IMG/VR virus record: IMGVR_UViG_3300035698_009402
Coordinates: 51,659 to 115,658 of that record
DNA from: a virus
Lineage: Duplodnaviria; Heunggongvirae; Uroviricota; Caudoviricetes
Strand: one strand, 5' to 3'
DNA length: 64,000 bases
Numbering within the stretch: position 1 is the first letter of the stretch; each line of letters begins with the position of its first letter. The notes under the pieces are model-generated. The model was not told the DNA's origin. It made no database searches and saw only the letters and a program-made list of their open reading frames with translations. Made by a program: the position numbers and the translations under genes. Below are positions 9,186-18,908 of this stretch, in pieces.

Positions 9186-9661
9186 TGGCTATTTATAATG
9201 TAGGAAATATGTGGGATAGATTAAAAGAACCTCACAATGAAATATTTCTAGTTACTACTAATAATGTTTTAAAAACTAATGGTGAATTAGTAATGGGGGC
9301 TGGAGTAGCAAAACAAGCTACTCTACGATTCCCTAAAATAGCTTTTATTATGGGAGAAACTATCAGAAAACTACCTACTGATTATAACTTCTTTATTTTA
9401 GATGAAGTACCTTCATGGAATACTTTATATGGTCAGCATATTTATGTAGGAGCTATACAGACTAAAAGACATTATAGAGATAATAGTGATATTGAATTAG
9501 TAAGAAATAGTATTAAGAAACTAAATGAATTTGCTAATACTATTAATACTAATATCAATTGCCCTTTACCTGGAGTAGGGTTGGGGGGTTTAAAAGCTGA
9601 AGTAGTGAAAAAACTAACTAATAGTTCTCCTAATAATGTTAAATACTGGACTTTGCCCTAA
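9185..9661 (+). CDS. macro-domain protein (ADP-ribose binding/processing)
   Basis: LVTTNNVLKTNGELVMGAGVAKQA resembles NAANxxLxxGGGVxxAI; C-terminal CPLPGVGLGGL resembles FPxIGTGxxGxP. Confidence 0.5.
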   Translation: MAIYNVGNMWDRLKEPHNEIFLVTTNNVLKTNGELVMGAGVAKQATLRFPKIAFIMGETIRKLPTDYNFFILDEVPSWNTLYGQHIYVGAIQTKRHYRDNSDIELVRNSIKKLNEFANTINTNINCPLPGVGLGGLKAEVVKKLTNSSPNNVKYWTLP

Positions 9662-9759
9662 GGAGGTATATTATGAAACACAAAAAACCTATAACTAAGA
9701 AGAAAAAAGATAAAAAAAAGTCCTATAAGTAAATTATGTTATTTTATAGTTGCAGAAAA

Positions 9760-9793
9760 GGGTTAGTAGGGTTATACTCTACTAACCCTTTTT
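9760..9793 (+). terminator. rho-independent terminator
   Basis: 10-bp stem GGGTTAGTAG/CTACTAACCC with a 9-nt loop, followed by TTTTT. Confidence 0.6.
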
Positions 9794-9811
9794 GATTGGA
9801 GAAAGAAGAAA

Positions 9812-10279
9812 ATGAAAACATTACTAATAACATTACTAACCTTATTGTTATCAACAAACATATCATATAGTAAAGACACAGAAACAGAAATTCAAATGAC
9901 TAAAGTTCCTACTACTGCTAACTGTAGTATATTATTATCTGAAAAAGAACATATTAGTTTAAGCGCTAGATTACGTCAAAATTATAAAGAATTACCCTTA
10001 TTTAACTCTAATACTGTTTTTGCTTTTAATAAAGATAATACCCAGTCAATAACATATTCAATAGTTTTATATGTTAATCCCGTAAAAGAATCTTATACTT
10101 TATTAGAGTTTCAAACAATAACAAATTTAATTACTAAAAAGAAGAAAAAAAGAGAATGTATAAGACTTGTAGGTCTTTACTCTCATGAAAATTTTACTGA
10201 CAGCATTAATTTATTAACAGAATTATTAGAAGATAATAAATCTATATTTGATATACCTAATGACTCAGAGCTTAACTAA
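9812..10279 (+). CDS. secreted/envelope-targeted hypothetical protein
   Basis: N-terminal signal peptide MKTLLITLLTLLLSTNISYS. Confidence 0.45.
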   Translation: MKTLLITLLTLLLSTNISYSKDTETEIQMTKVPTTANCSILLSEKEHISLSARLRQNYKELPLFNSNTVFAFNKDNTQSITYSIVLYVNPVKESYTLLEFQTITNLITKKKKKRECIRLVGLYSHENFTDSINLLTELLEDNKSIFDIPNDSELN

Positions 10280-10299
10280 TTATTTAAATAATTTTTTAA

Positions 10300-10327
10300 T
10301 TGCATAATTATTATTTTCCTTTATAAT
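10300..10327 (+). promoter_or_regulatory. promoter-like TTGCAT-N16-TATAAT
   Basis: Upstream of the nuclease/AAA+ gene pair (CDS at 10352). Confidence 0.35.
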
Positions 10328-10351
10328 TGTATTATAATAGAAAGTAGATAT

Positions 10352-11038
10352 ATGCACGATTATTCAAAATTACAAAACATAAAGGCAACAACTTTAGAAA
10401 CTGGAAGAACTTATCATACTCCCGCAGGAGATTTTTCAAGTATTACAACTATACTCGGAGCTACTGCTGATAAAAGATGGATGGATAGGTGGAAACAAAG
10501 TTTAGTTAAGAAATTAGGTAGTGAAGAAGCTGCTATAGCCGAAATGAAATCTATTTCAAAATATGCTACAGATAGAGGTACTAAAGTTCACGAATATGCT
10601 GAAAGATATTTCAACGGAGAAAATATCTTACCTGAATTAACCAAAGATAATGAATACTATGATATTCAGAATATGACTAAATCTCTAATAAAAGAAACAG
10701 AGACTTATGTAGACGAAATTTGGGCACAAGAAATAGCAGTATACAGTGAAAAATTAGGATCTGCTGGAAGATTAGATATGGTAGGTATCTGGAAAGGTAA
10801 ACCTACTATTATAGATTTTAAAACAAGTAAAAAGAAAAAATATGAATCAGGTATAGGTGACTATAAAATACAATGTTGTTTTTACGCTGAATGCCATAAT
10901 GAGATATATAAAACCAATATTAAGAATTATGCTATAATTATAGCTGTTCAAGATTTAGGAGTACAGGTCTTTGAAGGAAGTACCATATATTCTAAAGGCT
11001 TGTTGTTAAATAGAATTAATACTTACCATAGTATGTAA
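10352..11038 (+). CDS. PD-(D/E)xK-family nuclease-like protein
   Basis: GRLDMVG ... IIDFKTSKK (D...(D/E)xK) plus C-terminal Cys cluster CCFYAECH (Cas4/RecB-like pattern). Confidence 0.45.
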   Translation: MHDYSKLQNIKATTLETGRTYHTPAGDFSSITTILGATADKRWMDRWKQSLVKKLGSEEAAIAEMKSISKYATDRGTKVHEYAERYFNGENILPELTKDNEYYDIQNMTKSLIKETETYVDEIWAQEIAVYSEKLGSAGRLDMVGIWKGKPTIIDFKTSKKKKYESGIGDYKIQCCFYAECHNEIYKTNIKNYAIIIAVQDLGVQVFEGSTIYSKGLLLNRINTYHSM

Positions 11039-11063
11039 CTAAGTGGTGAGCAAGGGAGATACT

Positions 11064-12116
11064 ATGGAAAATAAAGATTTTTATAACGTATTAGGAAAAG
11101 AATTTGTAGAACCTGAAATAGATGAAAAATCTATAAAAATAGGAAAGTCTGATAAACTAGATTTAGATGCAAGTGTATGGGCTGTATCAGGACATTATTG
11201 GTCTGGTACAGGGGCTACTGCTGAAACATTGCAGGAAGGGATTTATAGCTGTTATACTAAGATGGATGGAACTCCTTATTTAACAAAGCAAGAAATACAA
11301 GTCGATAAATTAATTGAGTTACCAGATGATCCTACTACTGAAGTATTAAGTCACGTATCAGATTTTTGGAAAAGAGAAGATAAATTCCAGGAATTAGGTT
11401 TTATCTTTAAAAGAGGTATACTATTACACGGACCACAGGGTTCAGGAAAATCTAGTACTATATATAGATTAATGAAGCAAATAGTTAAAGAAGATGGAAT
11501 AGCTTTAATAATCAATAGTCCTAGTAGTGCGGTTGCTTGTATATCTTTAATAAGATCTATAGAGCCTAATAGAAAAATAGTAGCTATTATGGAAGATATA
11601 GATGATTTAGTAAGATACTATGGAGACAGAACTTTAACTTCTTTATTAGATGGTAGCGAAAATGTAAATAGAGTAGTTTTCGTAGCAACAACTAATTATC
11701 CTGAAAGATTACCTCCTAGATTATTACAGCGTCCAAGTAGATTTGATGTAGTTAAATACATAGGAATGCCTACTCTGGCTGCTAGATTTAAGTATATTAA
11801 ATCTATATTATCTGCAAAAGTTACTCCTTCTGAGATAGAAAGAATAGCTGATAAAACAGATGAAATGAGTATTGCTCAAATTAAAGAAGTAATTTTACTA
11901 CTTTATGTATTTGATATAGAGTTAACAGAAGCTGTAAATAGAGTTAAAAACCTAGGAGTAATAGGTAAAGAAGATATCAATGATAATGTATATAGATCTT
12001 TAAAACAGCCTATGTTAGAAGAACAAATAAATATACCTGAAGGACAAACAGCTTTAGATGATAACGGACAAAGCTATAAGTTTGTGGATAGTAAATGGAT
12101 AAAATTAAAAAATTAA
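11064..12116 (+). CDS. AAA+ ATPase (classic AAA family)
   Basis: Walker A LLHGPQGSGKSS; second region of homology VVFVATTNYPERLPPRLLQRPSRFD; start moved to ATG 11064 with GGGAGA RBS. Confidence 0.6.
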   Translation: MENKDFYNVLGKEFVEPEIDEKSIKIGKSDKLDLDASVWAVSGHYWSGTGATAETLQEGIYSCYTKMDGTPYLTKQEIQVDKLIELPDDPTTEVLSHVSDFWKREDKFQELGFIFKRGILLHGPQGSGKSSTIYRLMKQIVKEDGIALIINSPSSAVACISLIRSIEPNRKIVAIMEDIDDLVRYYGDRTLTSLLDGSENVNRVVFVATTNYPERLPPRLLQRPSRFDVVKYIGMPTLAARFKYIKSILSAKVTPSEIERIADKTDEMSIAQIKEVILLLYVFDIELTEAVNRVKNLGVIGKEDINDNVYRSLKQPMLEEQINIPEGQTALDDNGQSYKFVDSKWIKLKN

Positions 12117-12253
12117 CTTTTATAGACATAATTGCAGAAACTAGGGGATAGATTTGAAATAATTGTTCAAGAAAATTTAAGTAGTTTACTATTATTTGAA
12201 ATACGAGCAGATACTAGACTAGGGACTTTCAATGATAGGGATAATAATATAAC

Positions 12254-12730
12254 ATGAAGAAAAAAATAAGTCAAAACTTTACACTAAATGAATTTACAAA
12301 AAGTCAAACAGCTTTACGAGAAGGAATAGATAATTCCCCTACACAAATACACTATAAAAATATAGTAGCATTAGTAGAAAATATACTACAGCCTTTGAGA
12401 AATGAGCCAGATGTAGGTCCTGTAATTATTACTAGTGGTTATAGAAGTGAATTACTAAATAAAAAAGTAAAAGGATCAGATAATAGTCAGCACTGTAAAG
12501 GTGAAGCAGCAGACATAGAATGTTTTGAACTAAGTACTTATGATTTAGCTAAGCATATTGAAATTTATTATGACTTTGATCAGTTAATTTTAGAATTTTA
12601 TATTCCCGGCGATAAAAATAGTGGATGGGTACATGTATCCTATAATAGAAGAAGCAATAGAAAACAAGTATTAACTGCTAGTAAAAATTCTAAAGGTAAA
12701 ACTGTATACACTCCCGGCCTTATTAAGTAA
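12254..12730 (+). CDS. peptidase M15 (zinc D-Ala-D-Ala carboxypeptidase-like) endolysin
   Basis: SGYRSELLNKKVKGSDNSQHCKGEAADIE = M15A H..D...H zinc-binding pattern. Confidence 0.65.
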   Translation: MKKKISQNFTLNEFTKSQTALREGIDNSPTQIHYKNIVALVENILQPLRNEPDVGPVIITSGYRSELLNKKVKGSDNSQHCKGEAADIECFELSTYDLAKHIEIYYDFDQLILEFYIPGDKNSGWVHVSYNRRSNRKQVLTASKNSKGKTVYTPGLIK

Positions 12731-13206
12731 TGTTAGCTCTATTTGGTAGTAAGATAATAATGTATCTTGTACTAGGAGGTATTTTAGTAAGCGTTTTAGT
12801 AGGTGGATATTTTTATTGGCAGCATATAATTCAAGAAAATGCTATATTAAAAAATAATCAAAAAGTACTAGAACAGGGAATACAAACTCAAAGAGATGCT
12901 ATAATTAATATGCAGGAAGAAGTAGCTGAGGTAAAATTACAAAATGAACAAGTAACTCAGAAAAACGAAGCAATATTTAATGATACTTTAAGATTACAAG
13001 AAAAATTAAATAAAAGGTTAGATCTTTTAGCAGTAAAAAAACCAGGATTAATAGAGAAAAGAATAAATAAAGGTACTTCTGATTCTAACAGATGTTTAGA
13101 AATAGCAAGTGGATCGCCTTTAACTGAGGTAGAAAAAAATGCAAATAGAAAATCTCAATTTAATACTATATGTCCCAGTATTGCTAACCCTCTTAGCATT
13201 AACTAA
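12730..13206 (+). CDS. i-spanin-like protein (N-terminal TM, periplasmic coiled coil)
   Basis: TM helix LVLGGILVSVLVGGYFYW then a charged coiled-coil; directly after the endolysin. Confidence 0.4.
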   Translation: MLALFGSKIIMYLVLGGILVSVLVGGYFYWQHIIQENAILKNNQKVLEQGIQTQRDAIINMQEEVAEVKLQNEQVTQKNEAIFNDTLRLQEKLNKRLDLLAVKKPGLIEKRINKGTSDSNRCLEIASGSPLTEVEKNANRKSQFNTICPSIANPLSIN

Positions 13207-13504
13207 TTGTACTCCTTCAACTAAGGTAATAGAAATACAATCCAAACCTATAGAAAAAATTAGATTAGAAATACCTAGTCCTAGACCTGCCAATTTGAAC
13301 GAAGTTCAATGGCGTGTTATCACTAATGAAACCGCAGAAGGCTTATTAGAAGAAAATATAGTTCTATTCGGTATTAGTGTAGAAGATTACAAAAACTTAG
13401 CAACTAATAACGGAGAGTTATTAAGAGTTTTAGAAGGACTATCCAACGTATTAATTGCTTATAGAAATTATTACGAACCAAAAGTACTGACGGAAGAAAA
13501 ATAA
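13139..13504 (+). CDS. o-spanin-like outer-membrane lipoprotein (overlapping reading frame)
   Basis: Lipobox LLALTNC after a signal peptide; starts inside the 3' end of the i-spanin ORF in another frame (Rz/Rz1-like). Confidence 0.4.
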   Translation: MQIENLNLILYVPVLLTLLALTNCTPSTKVIEIQSKPIEKIRLEIPSPRPANLNEVQWRVITNETAEGLLEENIVLFGISVEDYKNLATNNGELLRVLEGLSNVLIAYRNYYEPKVLTEEK

Positions 13505-13506
13505 TC

Positions 13507-13535
13507 TTGCTTGTTAGGCTTACTTATTCTATACT
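13507..13535 (+). promoter_or_regulatory. promoter-like TTGCTT-N17-TATACT
   Basis: Upstream of the CDS at 13569. Confidence 0.4.
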
Positions 13536-13568
13536 TATCAAACAGTTAAACAAAAAAGGAAAATAAAA

Positions 13569-13955
13569 ATGGCTAAAGCACGAAATAACAAGTCCAAATA
13601 TACCTCTAACGGAGAAATTCCCACAACTAATCAGAAACTTAAGAACTCTATTCGTAAGAATAGAGGGTTTAGTTTAGAGAGTTTATCTCAATCTCAAGCT
13701 ATGAAGAATAGTATTTTAGAACTTAAAAACCCTAATCCTGAAGAGAAAAGGCTTCAGGAAAAGTTTAAGCAGGAGCGAGCTATTAGTGTAGCAGTAACTC
13801 CCTACCTTAATAGATATAGGAATCTAGGAATCACTTTTGCTGAAGCTAAGCACTCATTTCTAAAGGATACACTACCTAAGCTTATTGATAAGTATAAGGC
13901 TAAGGGTAGAAAGCTTAGAGAAGCTGAAAGAAAGTTATCAATTAGAGTTACTTAA
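13569..13955 (+). CDS. hypothetical basic protein
   Basis: 128 aa, K/R-rich; promoter-like TTGCTT-N17-TATACT upstream. Confidence 0.45.
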   Translation: MAKARNNKSKYTSNGEIPTTNQKLKNSIRKNRGFSLESLSQSQAMKNSILELKNPNPEEKRLQEKFKQERAISVAVTPYLNRYRNLGITFAEAKHSFLKDTLPKLIDKYKAKGRKLREAERKLSIRVT

Positions 13956-14284
13956 TGACTGATGAAGTATTTACTGTAAGACCTATTAGTAAAAATAAGT
14001 TCAATATTTGTAAATTTGCAGATGATAAAAGAGTTACTGGAGATAAAGATGCTCACAGTAGTTTTACAGTAACTGTTTATAAGAATTATACACATTGTGA
14101 TTGCCCTGGATTTAGGCATCACAAAGATAAGCCAGAAGCGCATAAGCATTGCAGAATTGTGAATTTCGCTACGCGAAATCTAGAACAATATATAGGCTAT
14201 GCCTTCTGGTTTAATTCTTTTGACGATGTTGTATGCAACAATTTTATTAATTTTAAAGATATAGAAAGAGATTTTAATGTATGA
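13955..14284 (+). CDS. hypothetical Cys/His-rich (zinc-finger-like) protein
   Basis: HCDCPGFRHHKDKPEAHKHC cluster; ATGA overlap with the upstream gene. Confidence 0.4.
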   Translation: MTDEVFTVRPISKNKFNICKFADDKRVTGDKDAHSSFTVTVYKNYTHCDCPGFRHHKDKPEAHKHCRIVNFATRNLEQYIGYAFWFNSFDDVVCNNFINFKDIERDFNV

Positions 14285-14531
14285 AATGTTTACGACTAGT
14301 ATTCCTGAATTAAAGTTTTTAGAAGAAATCCATAAACAAGATAAAGAAGATTATTATAAATACGAAAACTCAGATGATTATTCTAATTATGATTTTATTG
14401 ATTATTTAAAAGATGAATATGAATTTGAAGCTTTAGTAAATGTTTATAATAAGGACCCTGATACTCTTACGTACCGAGACGGGTTTTTAGTAGGTAAATT
14501 CGTAAATTCGTGGAACTACTATAATGGATAA
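14277..14531 (+). CDS. hypothetical protein
   Basis: 84 aa acidic ORF; overlapping start/stop. Confidence 0.4.
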   Translation: MYEMFTTSIPELKFLEEIHKQDKEDYYKYENSDDYSNYDFIDYLKDEYEFEALVNVYNKDPDTLTYRDGFLVGKFVNSWNYYNG

Positions 14532-14760
14532 GAATGAGTTTGGAGAAGAGTATTCTAACTTTGTTAAGGATATTCTTCTTCAATATAGTGAAAAAAATAT
14601 AGATAGCAGCGATATTGATTTCGATCATTTAGATGTTTATGGAAAATATCTAGAAGGTAATTGGTTTCCGGTTGATTGTGGAAATTATGATGATGCTTTC
14701 GAGTTAGGGCTGGAATTAGGCACTTTGCTAAAAGAAATAAAAGTGGATTTAGGTAAATGA
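14524..14760 (+). CDS. hypothetical protein
   Basis: 78 aa acidic ORF. Confidence 0.4.
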   Translation: MDKNEFGEEYSNFVKDILLQYSEKNIDSSDIDFDHLDVYGKYLEGNWFPVDCGNYDDAFELGLELGTLLKEIKVDLGK

Positions 14761-14945
14761 GTGAACTAACACATATTTATGATGCTTTAAACTCTAAAGA
14801 TAGGCTTTTTCTAATGAATTATATTTCAGAACTTAAATGTGTTAATAAAGCTTTAACCGATAGAGTAGTGGAACTAAGTAAAGAAGTAAGCAATAATCAG
14901 TGGGAAATTGCTAGTAGATTAGGTCGTCTACAAGACGGAAGATAA
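14757..14945 (+). CDS. hypothetical protein
   Basis: 62 aa ORF; ATGA overlap. Confidence 0.4.
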   Translation: MSELTHIYDALNSKDRLFLMNYISELKCVNKALTDRVVELSKEVSNNQWEIASRLGRLQDGR

Positions 14946-14987
14946 ATAGTAATCGTATAGGTTAACTATTAGAAAAGGAGTAGTACT

Positions 14988-16598
14988 ATGAAAGTAGGTA
15001 TTGCACAATGCAATTTTGTTGTAGGGGATATCCCCGGCAACTATGAAAAAATAGTCAAAATTTGGGATGAGAAAGATAACGAAGATTTCGACGTTATTTT
15101 ATTTAGCGAGCTTTGCCTAACAGGTTATCCTGCACAGGATCTGCTGTTAGACAAGGCTTTTTTGTGTTTGGAGCGAGAATATCATTATAAATTACTTGCT
15201 AAACGTAATTATATGAAAACAAGCATTATTCTTGGATTATGCTTGTTGTCTCATACGTCTAAAATATATAATAGTGCTAATCTTATTTCTAATAAAGATT
15301 TAGGTAAAGCTATTGTAAAAACATATCTTCCTAACTATGATGTATTCGACGAAAAAAGATATTTCACTGGATATGGAATAAATGAGTACAATAATATCAT
15401 TGAAATAGTTGATAAAAAATTTGCAGTATTAATCTGTGAAGATGCTTGGGAAATAACTGACGAAGAATTACAAAAGTTATCTGGAGTATTTGGAATATTT
15501 ATCATTAATGCAAGTCCTTGGGATACTTCTAAAATCAACAATAGACTTAGATTAGCGAAGAAATTATCTAAGAAATTAGATTGTTTTGTGTTTTATGCAA
15601 ATCAAGTAGGTGGTCAAGATGAGTTAGTATTTGATGGTACTAGTTTCATTATGAATAACTTACAAGGTATTGAAGCTCAAGCTAAATCTTTTGAAGAAGA
15701 TTTTATTGAGTTAGATTTTAGTAAAACAAGCATTAAACATAATTACATGTTAGGGATAGGAAACTATTCTCAAATGCTAAGAAAAGCCTTAGTACTAGGT
15801 ACTCGCGATTATTTTAGAAAGAATAATTTTAATAAGGCAGTTATAGGTATTAGTGGTGGAGTTGATAGCGCCTTAGTTGCAGATATAGCTGTTGAAGCGT
15901 TGGGTGCAGAAAATGTTCTTGGAATTGGGATGATGACAAAATTTAATAGTCCTCTCACTTTAAAATTAGCTAGAGATTTATGCGTCCAACTAGGAATTAC
16001 TTATAAAGAAATGGATATTAGTAAAATCATTGACGTATTCAGTGATGAATTAGATTATTCCACAGTTGTTCCAAACTTAAAAATGAGCGGGGTACCTTAC
16101 GAGAACATCCAATCTCGAATTAGAGGAAACATTCTCATGGCGATTTCCAATTCACAAAATGCATTAGTATTAAGTACAGGTAATAAGTCAGAAGTGGCAA
16201 TGGGATATTCCACCCTGTATGGGGATATGGTAGGGGGATTTAATCCCTTAAAAGATGTATACAAAACAGATGTATTCAATTTATCTAGACTAAGCAATAA
16301 AATTCCTTCAGAGATTGTTACTAGACCTCCTACTGCGGAATTAGCAGAAAATCAATTAGATAGTGATAAATTACCTGAGTATAGTAAATTAGACGTTATA
16401 CTCAGTATGTATCTTGAAGGAAATAGTAATATTGAGCACGTTACCAGAAGTTATGGAAAAGAACTTGCAGAAAAAGTATATAAAAGCTTAATATTTAATG
16501 AGTATAAGAGACAACAGTCTTGTCCTGGTATTAGAGTTAGTACCAAACATTTGGGCAAAGACCGTCGTTTTCCAATCACTAATCAGTATAAAGGTTAA
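14988..16598 (+). CDS. nadE: glutamine-dependent NAD+ synthetase (N-terminal CN-hydrolase domain + C-terminal NAD synthase)
   Basis: 536 aa; PP-loop GISGGVDSALVA; N-terminal nitrilase-like domain; GGAG RBS. Confidence 0.8.
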   Translation: MKVGIAQCNFVVGDIPGNYEKIVKIWDEKDNEDFDVILFSELCLTGYPAQDLLLDKAFLCLEREYHYKLLAKRNYMKTSIILGLCLLSHTSKIYNSANLISNKDLGKAIVKTYLPNYDVFDEKRYFTGYGINEYNNIIEIVDKKFAVLICEDAWEITDEELQKLSGVFGIFIINASPWDTSKINNRLRLAKKLSKKLDCFVFYANQVGGQDELVFDGTSFIMNNLQGIEAQAKSFEEDFIELDFSKTSIKHNYMLGIGNYSQMLRKALVLGTRDYFRKNNFNKAVIGISGGVDSALVADIAVEALGAENVLGIGMMTKFNSPLTLKLARDLCVQLGITYKEMDISKIIDVFSDELDYSTVVPNLKMSGVPYENIQSRIRGNILMAISNSQNALVLSTGNKSEVAMGYSTLYGDMVGGFNPLKDVYKTDVFNLSRLSNKIPSEIVTRPPTAELAENQLDSDKLPEYSKLDVILSMYLEGNSNIEHVTRSYGKELAEKVYKSLIFNEYKRQQSCPGIRVSTKHLGKDRRFPITNQYKG

Positions 16599-16608
16599 GG
16601 AGATTAAA

Positions 16609-17796
16609 ATGAAATTAACAGAGCAAGAAATCGTAGAACGTACAGATAAATATTTTGTACGTACTAAAAAAGTAGTAGATCACTTCAATAAAGAAATTAT
16701 CGTAAAATATGCAGTATTTATGCGCACAGACGTTCTTGCTGCACTAAATCCTTGTATAGATTTTATTAAGGAACATTGTCCAGATGCTATTATTGAACGT
16801 AAGTTCAATGAGGGGGAGTTTGTTCCCAGTGAAAAGCCTATGATGCATATTACTGGAAAGTTTAGTGATCTAGTTATGTTAGAAACACTACTACTCCAGA
16901 AATTAGGTTTTACGTGTCTTTGTGCGTATAACGCTTATAATATGTCTAAAGCACTTCCACAAGTAGCGTTCATGGATATGCACGCACGTCATGGAACTGG
17001 TGAAGATATGAACCACCTTGCTACTTATGGATGTAGTGTTGGCAGTAAGGTAGCACAGCAAGAAGGTTCCGAAGGTTTTCTGGGAGGTGCGCAAGATATT
17101 ACTGCCAAATACTTCGATAAACTACACGGAATGGGTACTATGCCCCACGCTCTAGTAGGTCTTGCTAAAACTATGTTTCCAGAACGTAATAGTATGGTTG
17201 CAGCAGTTGAGATGTATCTAGAGGCTATGCCTGAAGAAACTAATATTGTAGCACTTGTAGATTATGATGGTAAAGAAATCACAGACGCTTTAGCAGTAGC
17301 CGACTATATGTTAAGTAATCATCCTGAAAAACAATTAAGCATTAGACTAGATACTCATGGTGGTAGATTCTGTGAAACATTAGATTATGCTTCAAGCGTA
17401 AATGTTGTTAGTCAACATATTAGTGATGGTAAAATGACTGAGTATGAAATTATCAGAACAGTTATGGGTGAGACTGCTTTTATGATGGATAGTAATAATA
17501 TTATTAAGGATAAGATCAGAAAGCTTATGTTTGGTACAGGAGTGTCTGCTGCAAACATTATTAATATGAGAAATTACTTGGATGGAGAGGGCTACAATGA
17601 TGTTAGTATTGTAGCGAGTAGTGGATTTGATGTAATCAAATGTGGAGTATTCCGTGAAGCAAACGTTCCAGTGAATATGATTGGTACAGGTAGTTTTCTG
17701 CCTAAGAAATATACTGAAACATATGCTACAGCAGATATTATCGAATATAATGGAATTAAGAGTGTTAAAGTTGGAAGGGAATTTTTAAATGACTAA
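16609..17796 (+). CDS. pncB: nicotinate/nicotinamide phosphoribosyltransferase-family enzyme (NAPRTase-like)
   Basis: 396 aa from ATG 16609 (AAGGAGA RBS); size and motifs consistent with type II PRTase of the NAPRT/NAMPT family; sits between nadE and Nudix/NMNAT. Confidence 0.6.
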   Translation: MKLTEQEIVERTDKYFVRTKKVVDHFNKEIIVKYAVFMRTDVLAALNPCIDFIKEHCPDAIIERKFNEGEFVPSEKPMMHITGKFSDLVMLETLLLQKLGFTCLCAYNAYNMSKALPQVAFMDMHARHGTGEDMNHLATYGCSVGSKVAQQEGSEGFLGGAQDITAKYFDKLHGMGTMPHALVGLAKTMFPERNSMVAAVEMYLEAMPEETNIVALVDYDGKEITDALAVADYMLSNHPEKQLSIRLDTHGGRFCETLDYASSVNVVSQHISDGKMTEYEIIRTVMGETAFMMDSNNIIKDKIRKLMFGTGVSAANIINMRNYLDGEGYNDVSIVASSGFDVIKCGVFREANVPVNMIGTGSFLPKKYTETYATADIIEYNGIKSVKVGREFLND

Positions 17797-18238
17797 ACCA
17801 TTCATGTGTATTAGTGCAAGTACTACGGTAGTAACTTGTTGGTTAAAGCCTACTGCTAAGCCGGGTAGAGAATTTGTACTTATTGGATATAGGAGTGATG
17901 AAGCAGACGCTTTTCCTGGAGCACCTTGTCTGCCCGGAGGTATGAAAGATAAGGGCGAAAACCTAAAACAGTGCGCTAAGAGAGAACTATTAGAAGAAAC
18001 AGGGTTAGATGTTCCTATTAATAAATTTAGTTTTATCGAACAGTATAGTGATCCAGGCATTGATCCAAGAGGTGAGGTAATTAGTACTACTTGGAGAGTA
18101 GATCTTGGAGAACTTCTTAGAGTTCCTAGAGTTGCAGGAGCTGATGATATTAAAGAAGCTAAGTGGGTTCTTTATAAAGAAGCTATGGAAATGGAACTAG
18201 CTTTTAATCATAATCAAATGCTAAAGGATAGTTATTAA
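17789..18238 (+). CDS. Nudix hydrolase (NAD+/ADP-ribose pyrophosphatase-like)
   Basis: Nudix box GGMKDKGENLKQCAKRELLEETGL (Gx5Ex7REUxEExGU). Confidence 0.65.
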   Translation: MTKPFMCISASTTVVTCWLKPTAKPGREFVLIGYRSDEADAFPGAPCLPGGMKDKGENLKQCAKRELLEETGLDVPINKFSFIEQYSDPGIDPRGEVISTTWRVDLGELLRVPRVAGADDIKEAKWVLYKEAMEMELAFNHNQMLKDSY

Positions 18239-18393
18239 TGGATAAAAGATTAAAAGATAGTAGAGATACTCAAAGAGAATTACTTGAATTAGCTGAATAC
18301 TTATATGAAGAAGTAGACAAAGACGGTTTTGTACGTATTTCAGCAACTGAAGTAGCTTTTAAAATCAATAGCTGTTTATATGAGAGGATCTAA
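18238..18393 (+). CDS. small hypothetical protein (51 aa)
   Basis: ATG overlaps the Nudix stop (TAATG); its stop overlaps the next ATG; fills the gap in the operon. Confidence 0.3.
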   Translation: MDKRLKDSRDTQRELLELAEYLYEEVDKDGFVRISATEVAFKINSCLYERI

Positions 18394-18896
18394 TGAAAGT
18401 AGGTTTAGCAATTATGCGTATGCAGCCTATGCATAAAGCGCATATCAATTTAATTAATCAAATGAATAGTTACTGTGAAACCAGTATCATAGGGTTAGGA
18501 AGCGCACAAGCTTTTGATGAATGGAATCCTTTCACAGTAGAACAACGAACAGATATGATACGAAACGTATTTGGAGATAGAGTAAAAATAGTACCTCTAG
18601 TTGATGTTGGTACTAATAAAGGTACTGATGAGTGGATTAAATATGTAATTGATAAGACAACAAAAATAGGATTACCTAACCCCACAGAGTATTTTAGCGG
18701 TAGTGAAGCTGATAGTGTTTGGTATAAATCTCATTTTGGTACTAAATTGCATATTATGCCTAGAGAAATGTTTGTACATCCAAGTGCTAGTGAAGTTAGA
18801 ACCTTACTAGCAGCAGGTGATACAGCTTGGAAAAAATATATTCCAAGAGTAAATTGGGAAATTGTAAACAATTACCCAGATGATTTCAAATTATAA
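18393..18896 (+). CDS. nicotinamide/nicotinate mononucleotide adenylyltransferase (archaeal-type NMNAT)
   Basis: MRMQPMHKAH matches the archaeal NMNAT (H/T)xGH-type motif GRFQPFHKGH; 167 aa cytidylyltransferase fold. Confidence 0.6.
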   Translation: MKVGLAIMRMQPMHKAHINLINQMNSYCETSIIGLGSAQAFDEWNPFTVEQRTDMIRNVFGDRVKIVPLVDVGTNKGTDEWIKYVIDKTTKIGLPNPTEYFSGSEADSVWYKSHFGTKLHIMPREMFVHPSASEVRTLLAAGDTAWKKYIPRVNWEIVNNYPDDFKL

Positions 18897-18908
18897 GGAG
18901 ACATAGTT

